Below are positions 1 to 11,504 of a stretch of DNA of 64,000 nucleotides, one piece after another (within the stretch, counting starts at the first letter, position 1; the number at the start of each line of letters is the position of its first letter). The translations under genes and the position numbers were made by a program. The notes below the pieces were generated by a model, which made no database searches, was not told the DNA's origin, and saw only the letters and a program-made list of their open reading frames with translations. The stretch is from Octopus vulgaris (Eukaryota): NCBI GenBank assembly GCA_951406725.2, contig OX597830.1:70494001-70558000 (forward strand), read 5' to 3'.

Positions 1-136
1 ACTTTCTCTCACTCTTTCCACCTGCATCTAGCAGCTCACCTGTGACGGACCGGCGTCCCGTCCAGGTGGGGAACCTATACGCCAAGGAAACCATGAAACC
101 GGTCCTTATAAGCCAGTCGTGGCTCGAGAAGGAACA
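1..136 (+). mobile_element. 3' part of SINE group D (tail Y), truncated by the window start
   Basis: Matches 52023-52160 (actttctctcactctttc...ggcgtcccgtccaggtggggaac...gctcgagaaggaaca). Confidence 0.8.
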
Positions 137-524
137 CACACACACACACAGACGCACGCGCGCACACACATATTTATATCCCAAACTTCGCCCACAAGGT
201 ATTGGTCTGGGTGCAGCTATAGTAAAAGACCCCTAATGTGTTGGAAAACAAATTGTTGCAAGGCTAGCTACTTAATCACACAGACATGCTTTCGTCTACG
301 ACAATATCTATAATCATAATAAAATAGTAATAAAAATTATTAAAACACGCGGTATTACCACGGACTAATTGAGGGCAGGTCTTTCCTTCCGAAGATCGTG
401 AAGAAGAGCAACAAGCTCTTAAGTGCCTGTGTAAACCAATATTTCAACGGCAGACTCTGTACGTAGCTTTTTGTCAGCTGGGTTGTTTTAACGATGACAC
501 TTTTCCTCTTTTGCTGTTTTCTCA

Positions 525-700
525 TCCATCACCCATCTTACGCTTGAGCATTCAAGAATACCGAAGACAGCATTTTGCAGAATGTTCAGAGAGAAAAGAA
601 AACTCGTTGAAAGACCAAATGAAACACCGGCACACCCATGGCTAGGACGCACGGGGTGGAAGAGGTCGCAGCACAAAGAGAGGTGTAACGAGAATGCACT
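525..700 (+). mobile_element. Decayed RTE-like LINE ORF2 C-terminal fragment
   Basis: Translation HLTLEHSRIPKTAFCRMFREKRKLVERP...W resembles the RTE C-terminal pattern GHxxRMxxxRIPKxxxxxxxGKRxxGRP. Weak, by-eye similarity. Confidence 0.35.
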
Positions 701-844
701 CACACGTCAGCAATTTGGAGAAAGTCAGTACGACTGCACTGGATGTGCACCGTCATGCACAGATAAACAGATATTTGTGTGTGTGTGTGTGTGTGCGGGT
801 ATGTTTTTGTGTGCGTCTGTATACATTCTTTTTGGGCATTGCAC

Positions 845-1132
845 GAAGCTTAACGAATGTGATTTTTTGCCCAGCTAAAGATCTACAATGTCTTGTACAA
901 AATTGGCAACTAAAACCTTTACTGGTAATAGCCGGCTGTAGTTGTAACTGGGCTTCATGTACCTTTGCATGTCGTTTAAGTCCTCCTGCCGAATTACACT
1001 CTCTTCCACATGCCCGACAGATATGATTAGTATGGTGTGTTACACCACCACCAGTGGCCAGGTTGTCACTCATCTGTCTCGTTTTATGACTACGAAGATG
1101 ACTCATGAGTCCAGCTTTACTGAGGCAGGGTC
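845..1132 (-). mobile_element. Three C2H2-like zinc fingers, probably the C-terminus of an RTE-type LINE ORF (frameshifted relic)
   Basis: PCLSKAGLMSHLRSH, CRACGRECNSAGGLKRHAKVH and CQFCTRHCRSLAG-(frameshift)-KSH. CxxC-x5-SxxGLxxH pattern without TGEKP linkers. Confidence 0.55.
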
Positions 1133-1285
1133 ATATACACACACACACACACACACATATACGACTGGCTACTTTCAGTTTTCGTCTACCAAATAAACTC
1201 ACAAGGCTTTGGTCGGCCCGAGGCTATAGTAGAAGACACTTGCCCAAGGTGCCATGCAGTGGGACTGAACTCGGAGCCATGTGGT
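1131..1285 (-). mobile_element. SINE group C, partial (CORE-like region)
   Basis: Reverse complement contains ggttccgagttcagtcccactgcatggcaccttgggcaagtgtcttctactatagcc, shared with more than 10 copies in the window. Confidence 0.85.
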
Positions 1286-1430
1286 ATATGTATATGCGCC
1301 TGTGTATATGTATATATATATAGTTAGATATACAGCAAGAAATATATATATAAAGAGAGAATGGATAGATTCATAGATAAATATAGTTTTAGGTGTAGGT
1401 GCATCTATTTACATACATGCATACTTACGT

Positions 1431-1495
<65 letters not shown>

Positions 1496-1841
1496 CATAT
1501 ACATGTATATATACACCTACTTATCAATCTGTCTTACTCTCTCCCTCTCTCTTTTCTCTTTCTACAAACACACACTCGCACACTCACACACATATTTATA
1601 CATATTTATACCCACGTTCATTCAGGAATACTTACATACATACGTACATACATAGGCAAAGTCCCTAAATAATTCAATGCAAGCCATTAACTAGTTTTCT
1701 TCCAGTTATAGTATCTTAGTTCTACATCCAGAAAGGTAGTGCCGTGCTTCCCAAGGTTCGTGTGAAGTAAGTCATATCGTGAACACGTCTTACCTATTTA
1801 AAGTATTTACTTACTAACCATTACAACATTAGTTCTTTCTT

Positions 1842-1908
<67 letters not shown>

Positions 1909-1995
1909 GAAAGTAAAGTAGAATGAGTCAACATACACCGATTTTAATATATCCTATTGTTGTTTGGGAAGAGCATTATTATTATTATTATTATT

Positions 1996-2043
<48 letters not shown>

Positions 2044-2165
2044 AATGATAGTATCAACAACAACAGTAGTAGTAGTAGTTGGAATTGTACTATTGTTCTT
2101 ATTGTTACTATTATTGTCATTCTTGTAATTCAAGAAAGGTTACAATAGGGCTATTATGATGAAGG

Positions 2166-2243
<78 letters not shown>

Positions 2244-2268
2244 GTCTGTCTGTCTGTCTGTCTGTCTT
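1842..2268. repeat. Compound microsatellite block (TAG/CAG, ATT/GTT, TATC/TGTC)
   Basis: Direct reading. Confidence 0.95.
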
Positions 2269-3419
2269 CAATAACCACTACAACTACATATGTATTTTTA
2301 ATTTAATCAATTTTAATTCTCAAATCATTTTAAAGTTTTGATCAGAACGATTGCACTAAACATCTTAGCCATTCTAACACACACACCCACACACACACAC
2401 ACGCACTCACGTACAGACACACGCACACACAACATGTATGTATGTATGTATATGACTGTGTGATTGTAACATGTATGTATATGAATACATACACGCACAT
2501 AAGTACGCACCGACTCACACAGGTATGTATTATACAGGTACAGATAATTATACATACCAATGTAAAAGTGCTCAAATTTATTCGTGAAGTTAAATATCTG
2601 CATCAGAAGTCTAACCGTAACACACGCTTTTGTAGGCATAAATATGTACATCTAACGTGTTTAATATCTTGTGATTGAAGTGAAGAAGAAGAAGAAATAA
2701 CAGTTTTTCAGTATGGAAATGTAATGTCTGTTATTACTGTTTCATGTAATGAGATTAACAGTATAAGGAGTCTAAGATAATTTTTGTGTATGTGTGTGTG
2801 TGTGTATTTGTGTGTATATGATATGTGTGGCTGTGTGAAGGTGCATAACCTTGTAGTCAGAGTGTTCGGCTCACGGCCATTACGTCGCGGATTTAATTTC
2901 TGAACCAGACAGTGAATTGTGTCTTGAATAAAGACACTTCAATTTTCATTGCTTCCGTCTCAGAAAATGAGTACTACCTGAAAACTGATGGAGGTCTCTA
3001 TCACTCACTCACTCATTCTCTGTCTTTCTCTCTGTCTCTCTCTGTCTCTCTCTCTCTCTCTCTCTTACTGTTCCTTCTCTTTGGCACATCCTGGATGCAC
3101 CGCTTAATCAAAAGGTAGAAGAGTCGAGAGGGTATCTATCTATGTTTGCTCGCGACTGAATAGGACTTAAATAAATTAAGGAAAGCATAGTACCATATTC
3201 TTTCGCAGGTGACGACTGACTCTTTAAAATATGTGCAGCTATTTTTGTTGCTAAGGTGTTAGTAATAGTATGTAAAATTAGGGAGCGTGGTGGTCGTCGA
3301 AAGCGGAATAGTGTCGCTGTGAACAAGAAGGGTTTGTTTACTTTGCCAAGTAACGTAAAGGTGGTTTTTCCATTGGATCCGGGCCATATATATTACTGTT
3401 TACAATTAGTCGCCAATAT

Positions 3420-3665
3420 TCTTTTCTACTCTAGGCACAAAGCCCAAAATTAGATCGACTCCAGTACGCAACTGGTACTTAATTTATCGACCCCGAAAGA
3501 ATAAAAGGCAAAGACGACCTTGGTGGATTTTGAACTCAGAGCATAAAAACAAACGAAATCCTGCTAATTCATTTCGCCCGGCATGCTCATGTTTCTCATT
3601 TCTTTACTGCCCACAAGGGGCTACACACAGAGGGGACAAACAAGGACTACAAACGGATTAAGCAT
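3420..3665 (-). mobile_element. SINE group B, degenerate
   Basis: Contains atcgaccccgaaag...aaaggcaaag...ttgaactcaga, the group B signature. Confidence 0.75.
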
Positions 3666-4765
3666 TAAGCTTCAATGTAAGTACTGGGATCGACCTGTCA
3701 CACCAAACCCTTCAAGTCGGTGTCTCAGTTTGATCTTAGTCCAATAACCGAAACAAATAAACCGTAAAAGATGCACACACACATATATACACATACGCAT
3801 ACATAAAGGCATATATATACACACACATACACACACGCATAAACACACTCACACACACAAATGCACAAAAACATGTTTTTTTTCCTTTCATGTGAAAGAC
3901 TCCAGTAATAATTCAAAGTATTGTCATAATGGCTGGTGCGCATCCGTTCTTTGGAATTACATGGCAATTAATGGACAGATGAAAGCTAAACTCAATTTCT
4001 GCGCAAGACCCTAGCTTGTGACGTATAATAGGAGACACTGTACTATATATATTAAGAATATTAGCTGTCAACAGTTCACTAAACGTATTAAGTAGGAACC
4101 ACCTCGGAGAAAATAGAAACTACTCCATGAAATTGATGGACGTGTATTAAAGGAGAGTTTGGAATTTTTCTGTGGTATTGAACCAAACTTATAATTCTTC
4201 TGTGGTATTTGAACAACTTTTTTCATTATTCCAGCCATCCATTCAACCGTTTTCGATCCACTGAAAGTTCAGTATACCGTTGCTGGATTATCTACGCTGA
4301 GTGTAGACCCACGCGTTACATTAGCCATTTTAACGTAGGACAGGAAGCTCTGTGGTAGAGTGATTGACTCTGGTTTAATGTCTGCACTAAATATACTTAG
4401 AATACAATATGAGTTATCAAGGGATTCTCTATATGGCCAGTCCAACTGCAAGCATTTGCAATCATATTTCCTCGAAATCTATGTTATTGTCTTTAAAAAG
4501 CCAGGAAGCGCAAAACAATGTACCTGATATAGAGTATAAACTGAATGAATGTTGCTGAGATAAATTTGGTCATGGATCTATAGTAGCAGGGTTCATTCAA
4601 GGTTTAAACAACACTAGATACTTAGGATATAAGAAGCTACTAATTATATAACTATCATCATATCCCTGTTTTCCTTTTCCTTATATATAATATTAGGGAA
4701 TATAATTCCAAACTTACAGGGAAAAATTCAATTTAGTAATACTAAATCTAATTTCACAATATGTG

Positions 4766-4863
4766 ATACATTTATATAAATTAGAAAAGAACCACCATGG
4801 TATGAATTAAGTATATCATTGTTGAATTGCTTCATGGTGGTTCTTCTCTAATTTATATAAATG

Positions 4864-4866
<3 letters not shown>
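4766..4866. repeat. 34-bp inverted repeat with 33-nt spacer, abutting a (TA)n tract
   Basis: atacatttatataaattagaaaagaaccaccatg / catggtggttcttctctaatttatataaatgtat, 1 mismatch. Confidence 0.9.
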
Positions 4867-4912
<46 letters not shown>

Positions 4913-6404
4913 TGCATATATATATATATACATATATATATATAGAGACAGACACAATGACAGCGAATAAGTAAGAGCATCTGTGTTACACGGCCATAAG
5001 ACCTGTTCTTCATAGTAGCCAAATCTTACCTTGATAGGAACCCACCGCTTTAGAGAAAAGGTGAGAAAAAATGAGAAAGAGGGAAGCAAAAAGGTAGGCA
5101 GAGAGATAGTAACAGAGAAAGAGAGAGAGGGAGAGAGGGAGAGAGAGTCAGTGAAAATGACTAATATAAGAATAACAAGAATACAATAAAGACAATTGGT
5201 GTATTTTTTAAATAACCATACAATTAAAATTCTATATTTACTTTTTGTTGAAAAAAGGGGTGGGTGGGTTACATTTCAACAAAGACAATGAGTAAACAAT
5301 CATTTTGTTTTTTATTTTTACCAAATACACAACGAGTTAGCGAGTTTATTATAGTTTCTGGTTCTTTATGAGAAAACTGAATCTAGTTTTGAAAGCTTAT
5401 CCCATTCTGGAACAATAGCAGCGAGGCTAAGAACTTCTTTTTTTTTCTGAATTAAGAAACAGCTGAAGTCGGTGGCGGTGGTGTAGTGTCTAAAGCACCA
5501 CGTGACCTCGTTGCCGGAGCACTATTTGACCTCTCTGACTGACTTTCACCTTTTGTTTCAATGGATGCTTGCGCAAAGGTTTCACATTGCAAACTGAAAA
5601 CGAGATCAACTCGGTTATTGTTGTTGATATTGTTGTTTACATTGTCGTTGTCGTTGATGATTATGATGATGATGATTATTATGATGACGACGACGATGAA
5701 ATAGCTGTGGGATGGCTGCAAAAATATGCCATTTTGCACTCAATGCATTGTGCAAATTTACCCGCGTCACTTTCAGTGAAGGCCCAAACTCCGGCAGAGG
5801 CGGTGAATCTGCAGAGTATGTGAAGGGTCAGCTACAATGTCTTGAGACATTTATTCCGAGTATTTGTGCACGAAGACATTTTCCCGGGTAGATAAATACT
5901 CCACCAATGGTGAAGGTTCCATATTCCCCCTACAAACTTATATACATGTGTGTGTGTGTGTGAGTGAGTGTGTGTGTATCGCTTTGATAGCATTAATATT
6001 ATATGACCTGAAGTGACCAATAGAGGCCTAAACATCACGAAGTCATTTTGAATATCTTTCAATTCTTCTAAACCTTACTCTTCACTTTACCTATGAGTTA
6101 TCAAGTGACTCTCTATACGGCCAGTCCAACTGCAAGATGAGGACAGATATCCGTCGAATGCAAATAATGTAAATAATGTAGAGTATCTTTCTGTTCTTTT
6201 ATTTATTTAACTGGAAGCAAATTTTGGTAATTTACTCTCCAGGCTCTTCCGAATAAAAATTGATAGAATTTCATTCATCTGCGTTCTGTTGGAGAAGAAC
6301 TTTAGAGATTCAAGTGGTTTCTAATAGTTTACTTACGAAATTGTTTAATTTTTAACAGAGAATTATTGTAGACCTCGTAGCAAATATATATATATGTTCA
6401 GTAA

Positions 6405-6845
6405 TATTAATTTCAAATTTTGGCACAAGGCCAGCAATTTCGGGGGGAGGGTGCAAATCAATTACAACGAAACCGATGTTCAAATGGTACTTATTTCATC
6501 GATCCCCGAAAGAATGAAAAGAAAAGTCGACCCCTGCAGCATTTGAACTCAGAGCGTACAGACGGACGAAATACCGCTAAGCATTTTGCCCCTCACGCTA
6601 ACAATTCCAACCAGTTCGCTGCCTTAATATAGATATTAAGCAACGTTGGTTTCAAATTTTGGTACAAGACCACCAAATTCGGTAGGGGTGGGGAGTTGAT
6701 TACATCGACCCCAGTACTCAACTGGTACTTATTTCATCGACATCGAAAGGATGAAAGGTAAAGTCAACCTCGGCGGAATTTGAACTCAGAACTCCAAGAC
6801 GGACATAATGCCGCAAAGCGTTTTGCGCTGCCTGCTAATGAAATG
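6405..6845 (-). mobile_element. Two tandem SINE group B variant copies
   Basis: Two repeats of tttcaaattttggcacaag...ggtacttatttcatcga...ttgaactcaga...gcattttgc. Confidence 0.8.
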
Positions 6846-6870
6846 TTAAGTAATATTGGCGACTAATTAA

Positions 6871-7217
6871 GGTGGCGAGCTGGTAGAATCGTTAGCACGC
6901 CGGGCAAAATGCTTAGCACTATTTCATCTGGTGCTACGTTCTGAGTTCAAATTCCGCCGAGGTCGACTTTGCCTTTCATCCTTTCGGAATCGATTAAATA
7001 AGTACTAGTTACGCACTGGGATCGATATAATCGACTTAATCCGTTTGTCTGTCCTTGTTTGTTCCTTCTGTGTTTAGCCCCTTGTGGGTAGTAAAGAAAT
7101 AGGTATTTCATCTGCCGTTACGTTCTGAGCTCAAATTCCACCGAGGTCGTCTTTGCCTTTCATCCTTTCGGGGTCGATTAAATAAGTACCAGTTACGCAC
7201 TAGGGTTGATATAATCG
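6871..7217 (+). mobile_element. SINE group B: head, one full body unit and a partial second unit
   Basis: Head ggtggcgagctggtagaatcgttagcac, B-box-like gagttcaaattcc, central ccgaggtcgactttgcctttcatcctttcgg (resembles the MetaSINE domain), tail ...gtagtaaagaaatagg, then re-entry into the body. Confidence 0.9.
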
Positions 7218-7276
7218 TGAGTGGAGTTTGTAGACGGAAACTGAAAAGTCTGCCGAATATATACATACATACATAC

Positions 7277-7382
<106 letters not shown>

Positions 7383-7608
7383 TATATATATATATATAAA
7401 TTTCTGTTAGAGGTTGTGTTAGCATCATGGACGGATAGGGTCATCCAGGGAAAAACTAGTTCAATACCTAATATTTTTGGGGGAATTGATTTCCTTAAAT
7501 TATCAGGTATGTATATAAAATCCCATAGTTTATATTTATTTATAGGAATAAGAAGAAAATGTGGATTGTGAAGTTAATAAGAGTTTATTAACAACAAATC
7601 GAACATTA

Positions 7609-7690
7609 TCTCTTACAGCCGTTTCAATTATACACAGTCAATTAATTGAATATTAAGTTCATATTTCTGAGCATAATATCTTCAGAGGGA
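7609..7690 (-). ncRNA. Type I hammerhead ribozyme motif (PLE-type)
   Basis: Minus strand: tccct-CTGAAGA-tattatgctcag...ctgtgtataatt-GAAA-cggctg-TA-agaga. Stem I 4/5 pairs, long stem II, near-palindromic stem III. Lies in a segment bounded by (TA)n tracts. Confidence 0.7.
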
Positions 7691-7778
7691 AGGAAAATAT
7701 ATCCTTAGATGTTTTATATGTTTGTTTATGGATTCATGATAGCAGTCTGGATGATACAATTTATGATTTATATATACA

Positions 7779-7850
<72 letters not shown>

Positions 7851-7892
7851 CACATATATACATACATACATATATATATATAATATATATAT

Positions 7893-8007
<115 letters not shown>

Positions 8008-8213
8008 CATATATATATATATATATGCGTGTGTGTAAATGTGATTTTGTCCTACCCCACCGCTTTGCAATCGGTGTAGGTTTGTTAATGTCTCCGTAAC
8101 CTCGCAGTTCGGCGAAAGTGACCGATAGACTATCAGGCATACAAGAATACACTTGATGTTCTAAATGCTAGTTATCTGTCGCACAATTTAAATTTCAAAT
8201 TACACTACACATT

Positions 8214-8280
<67 letters not shown>

Positions 8281-9019
8281 ACACATACACACACACACAC
8301 ACATATACATTTAAATAAACTAGAATTACAGGTGTATATTATTTGACTGGATATAATTTTTCTGTAAGTCAACCCAAGGTACAGAATACAGGTACTCCTT
8401 AAATATCTAATTCTCAGACTGCTTCGGCGACAGTGGTCCCTCGCGTTCTCATCAGATATTCGGGGTAAAAAAAAAATAAATAAACACCCGCCAGCGGCAG
8501 ACAGCTAGAAAGGGGGCAAAAAACACTCAACTCGCTACAAGTGTATAGGAACGGTTCCCACGTTGTTTCACCTAGATAAGCTAGTCGAAATAAATAATTA
8601 AACAAATAAATAAAAATTTGGCCAGGTCGTCCGCTACTTCTGAGTGCATGTGAAAGAGTACATCACCTATTTCATAACATCGTTCTTTCTTCCTTCTTTC
8701 CTTTCTTTCTTTCTTTCTTTCTTTCTTTTCTCTCCACTTCTGACTCTCACGTGTGTGTGTATGAGTTTGTATGTACACAAACACACACACACTCACACAC
8801 ATACGAAAGTATATATACATACATATATAAATATGTCAATTAGTGCTTTTCTGTATATAAGTAGATTAACACTGCTTGAGTGTAGGACTCAATAAAAGTG
8901 TGATTTTTCATATTTTTTGTACGTAACTTCTGACAGGAATCTCGAGGCTTTCGCGGAGGTGGTTCAACTTCGAGCGAAATTCTGAAGTCACTGACAACAG
9001 TTTAATACATGTGTTTCAT

Positions 9020-9124
9020 AGGCGCAAGTGTGGCCGTGTAGTAAGTAGCTTCCTTACGAACCACATGGTTCTGGGTTCAGTCCCACTGCGTGGCACCTTG
9101 GGCAAGTGTCTTCTACTATAGCCT
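9020..9124 (+). mobile_element. SINE group C head plus CORE-like segment
   Basis: ggcgcaagtgtggccgtgtagtaagtagc...gggttcagtcccactgcgtggcaccttgggcaagtgtctt. Confidence 0.85.
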
Positions 9125-9875
9125 TTAGTTTATCGTTCGTTTTTCTTAATGATGTTATATGTGGTAATCGTAGGTGCCGTATGGCTAAAATATTTAAGAT
9201 TTTGCTCTGCAAATTATGAAATCTTCATTTCGATCCTACCCCGTGGCATCTTCAGAAAATGGTATTTTTTATAATCTCGGACTGATACATCGAGAGTGAA
9301 ATCAAAGAATCCTCCCACCCCGGGTGAACTGTATTTGTAATTCATAAAATACAGTCTTACCACATACTGTGTCACACTGATTCTGTCTCGGAATTACATT
9401 AAAGATAGGAAGAAGTGTCCGCTTGTGAAGGCGCGTGGTTTAGTGGTAAGGGTATCAGGCTTATAATCGTGAGTTCGATTACCGGAGACGCGTTATGTCC
9501 TTGAGCAAGACACAGTGAGACTGAATCCAGAACCACGTTGTTAGAAAACAAACTCCTTACCACACAGCTACGTCATATACTCAATCAGGTAACAATTTCT
9601 TCTTTAGATCTCAGGCAAGCATACCAGAGCAGCATACAAGGTCGGCAATTATCATAAGCGGACCGTAGTTATTCATCACATTGCCTCCCAATTAAAGGCC
9701 GGTACTCTAATTTTATTAACACTGGAGGCTGGAAAAGGGTTCTGGGTATAATTTCTATCCAGAACGTGCAGAAATAGAAGAAATTGCCCAAGCAGTAGCT
9801 TCGTCCGGTAGTAAAACTTAAGAAGCTAAGTTTGATACTTTGACATTCGATATACCTGCTGAAGTATTAATGATA

Positions 9876-10108
9876 TATTTCTTTACTACCCACAAGGGGC
9901 TAAACACAGAGGGGACAAACAAGGAGAGATAAAGGGATTAAGTCGATTACATCGACCCCAATACATAACTGGTACTTATTTAATCGACCCCGAAAGGATA
10001 AAAGGCAAAGTCGACCTCGGCGGAATTTGAACTCGGAACGTAACGACAGACGAAATACGGCTACGCATTTCGCCCGGCGTGCTAACGTTTCTGCCAGCTC
10101 GCTGCCTT
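9876..10108 (-). mobile_element. Full-length SINE group B with 17-bp target-site duplication
   Basis: TSD ctgaagtattaatgata at 9859-9875 and 10109-10125. Confidence 0.93.
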
Positions 10109-10638
10109 CTGAAGTATTAATGATACCGAACGAAGAAAACACACCGTTGCTGCTGCTGCTACTGCTGCTGCTGCTGCTACAGGCGTGCTGGTATTCTTGC
10201 TACTGCTGTTGTTACTGCTGCTGCCTCTGGTGCTGCTGTTGCTGCCGGAGAATGCATGTGCGCGCAGAAATATATATGGACGTAACTGCAGGTGGTGACA
10301 AGTCGTAAAAGTCCAATCTCGGAAATCGCTTTGTATATATTATGCATTTATGAATATTTACATCTATATATATTACATATTTATATATGCATATATAATT
10401 ATTAATATCTATGTAAATATGTATATTAAATTATATTCTTTTCTTTTCTGTTCTTTTACTGTCTCCGTTGATTAGACTGCGGTTAGGCAGTGGCGCCACC
10501 ATTAAAGATTAGTAAATCATATTGGCTCCAGTACTTAGTTTAGTCTCGGTCTTAATTTATTGATCTCTTACTGTCAAACCGCTTGTTTAAGGAATGAAAA
10601 AAGGGCGCCAGTTCGAAACAGTCTAAATACAAAGGCAA

Positions 10639-10826
10639 GTTTCAGTCATGTGACTGTGGCTGTGCTGGAGCACCGCCTTTAGTCGAGCAAATCGACCCCA
10701 GGACGTATTCTTTGTAAGCCTAGTACTTATTCTATCGGTCTCTCATGCCGAACCGCTAAGTTACGGCGATGTAAACACACCAGCATTGGTTGTCAAGCGA
10801 TGTTGGTGGAGACAAACACAGATACA

Positions 10827-10878
<52 letters not shown>

Positions 10879-11033
10879 CATATATACGATGGGCTTCTTT
10901 CAGTTTCCGTCTAGGCTCTGGTCGGCCCGAGGCCTTAGTAGAAGATACTTGCCCAAGGTGCCACGTAGTGGGACTGAACCCAGAACCATGTGGTTGGTAA
11001 GCAAGCTACTTACCACACAGCCACTCCTACGCC
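10639..11033 (-). mobile_element. Near full-length SINE group C with internal (TA)n(TG)n microsatellite
   Basis: tRNA-like head with A/B-box-like motifs, CORE-like ccttgggcaagt, internal microsatellite, 3' module ending cagtcacatgactgaaac. Confidence 0.9.
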
Positions 11034-11084
<51 letters not shown>

Positions 11085-11504
11085 GCACACCCACACTCGT
11101 ATGTGTGTGTGTATGTATTTGTGAGGGTGGGTGTTTGTTTATGTGTGTGTGTGCACGCGCGCGTATGCCTTTGTATTTTATGAGTTCACTTAACTGCAAC
11201 GGTGCCAGTCACCTGTTGTTTATATATTTGTATATTCACGACATGAGCAATCTACGCTTCGCGGGAATTTCTGAATGGGATGCCTAAAGAAAAATTACCT
11301 TCAATTTTGTTTTGCAGAGCCGCCACTTGATGAGGAGTCATGTCTCTCACGCGACCCGCTTCTTGAAAAAGCTTGCCCCATGTCTCTTTTACAGTATTAC
11401 TAAGAACCGACAGCGAGCAGGTGTGAAATATCTAACGTTCTCTATTTCTGAGAGGCGAAGTAGAGAACGGCATATAAAGCCGATGGTCAGTGTAAAGTAT
11501 AATA

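Noticed and set aside
8420-8460. CTGATGA on the minus strand (similar cores at 15453, 18841, 20081 and 29820)
   Set aside because: No correctly placed GAAA...UH with closing stems.
11318-11420. Possible plus-strand exon after the strong acceptor ttttgttttgcag
   Set aside because: Weak donor, no recognisable product and no partner exons.
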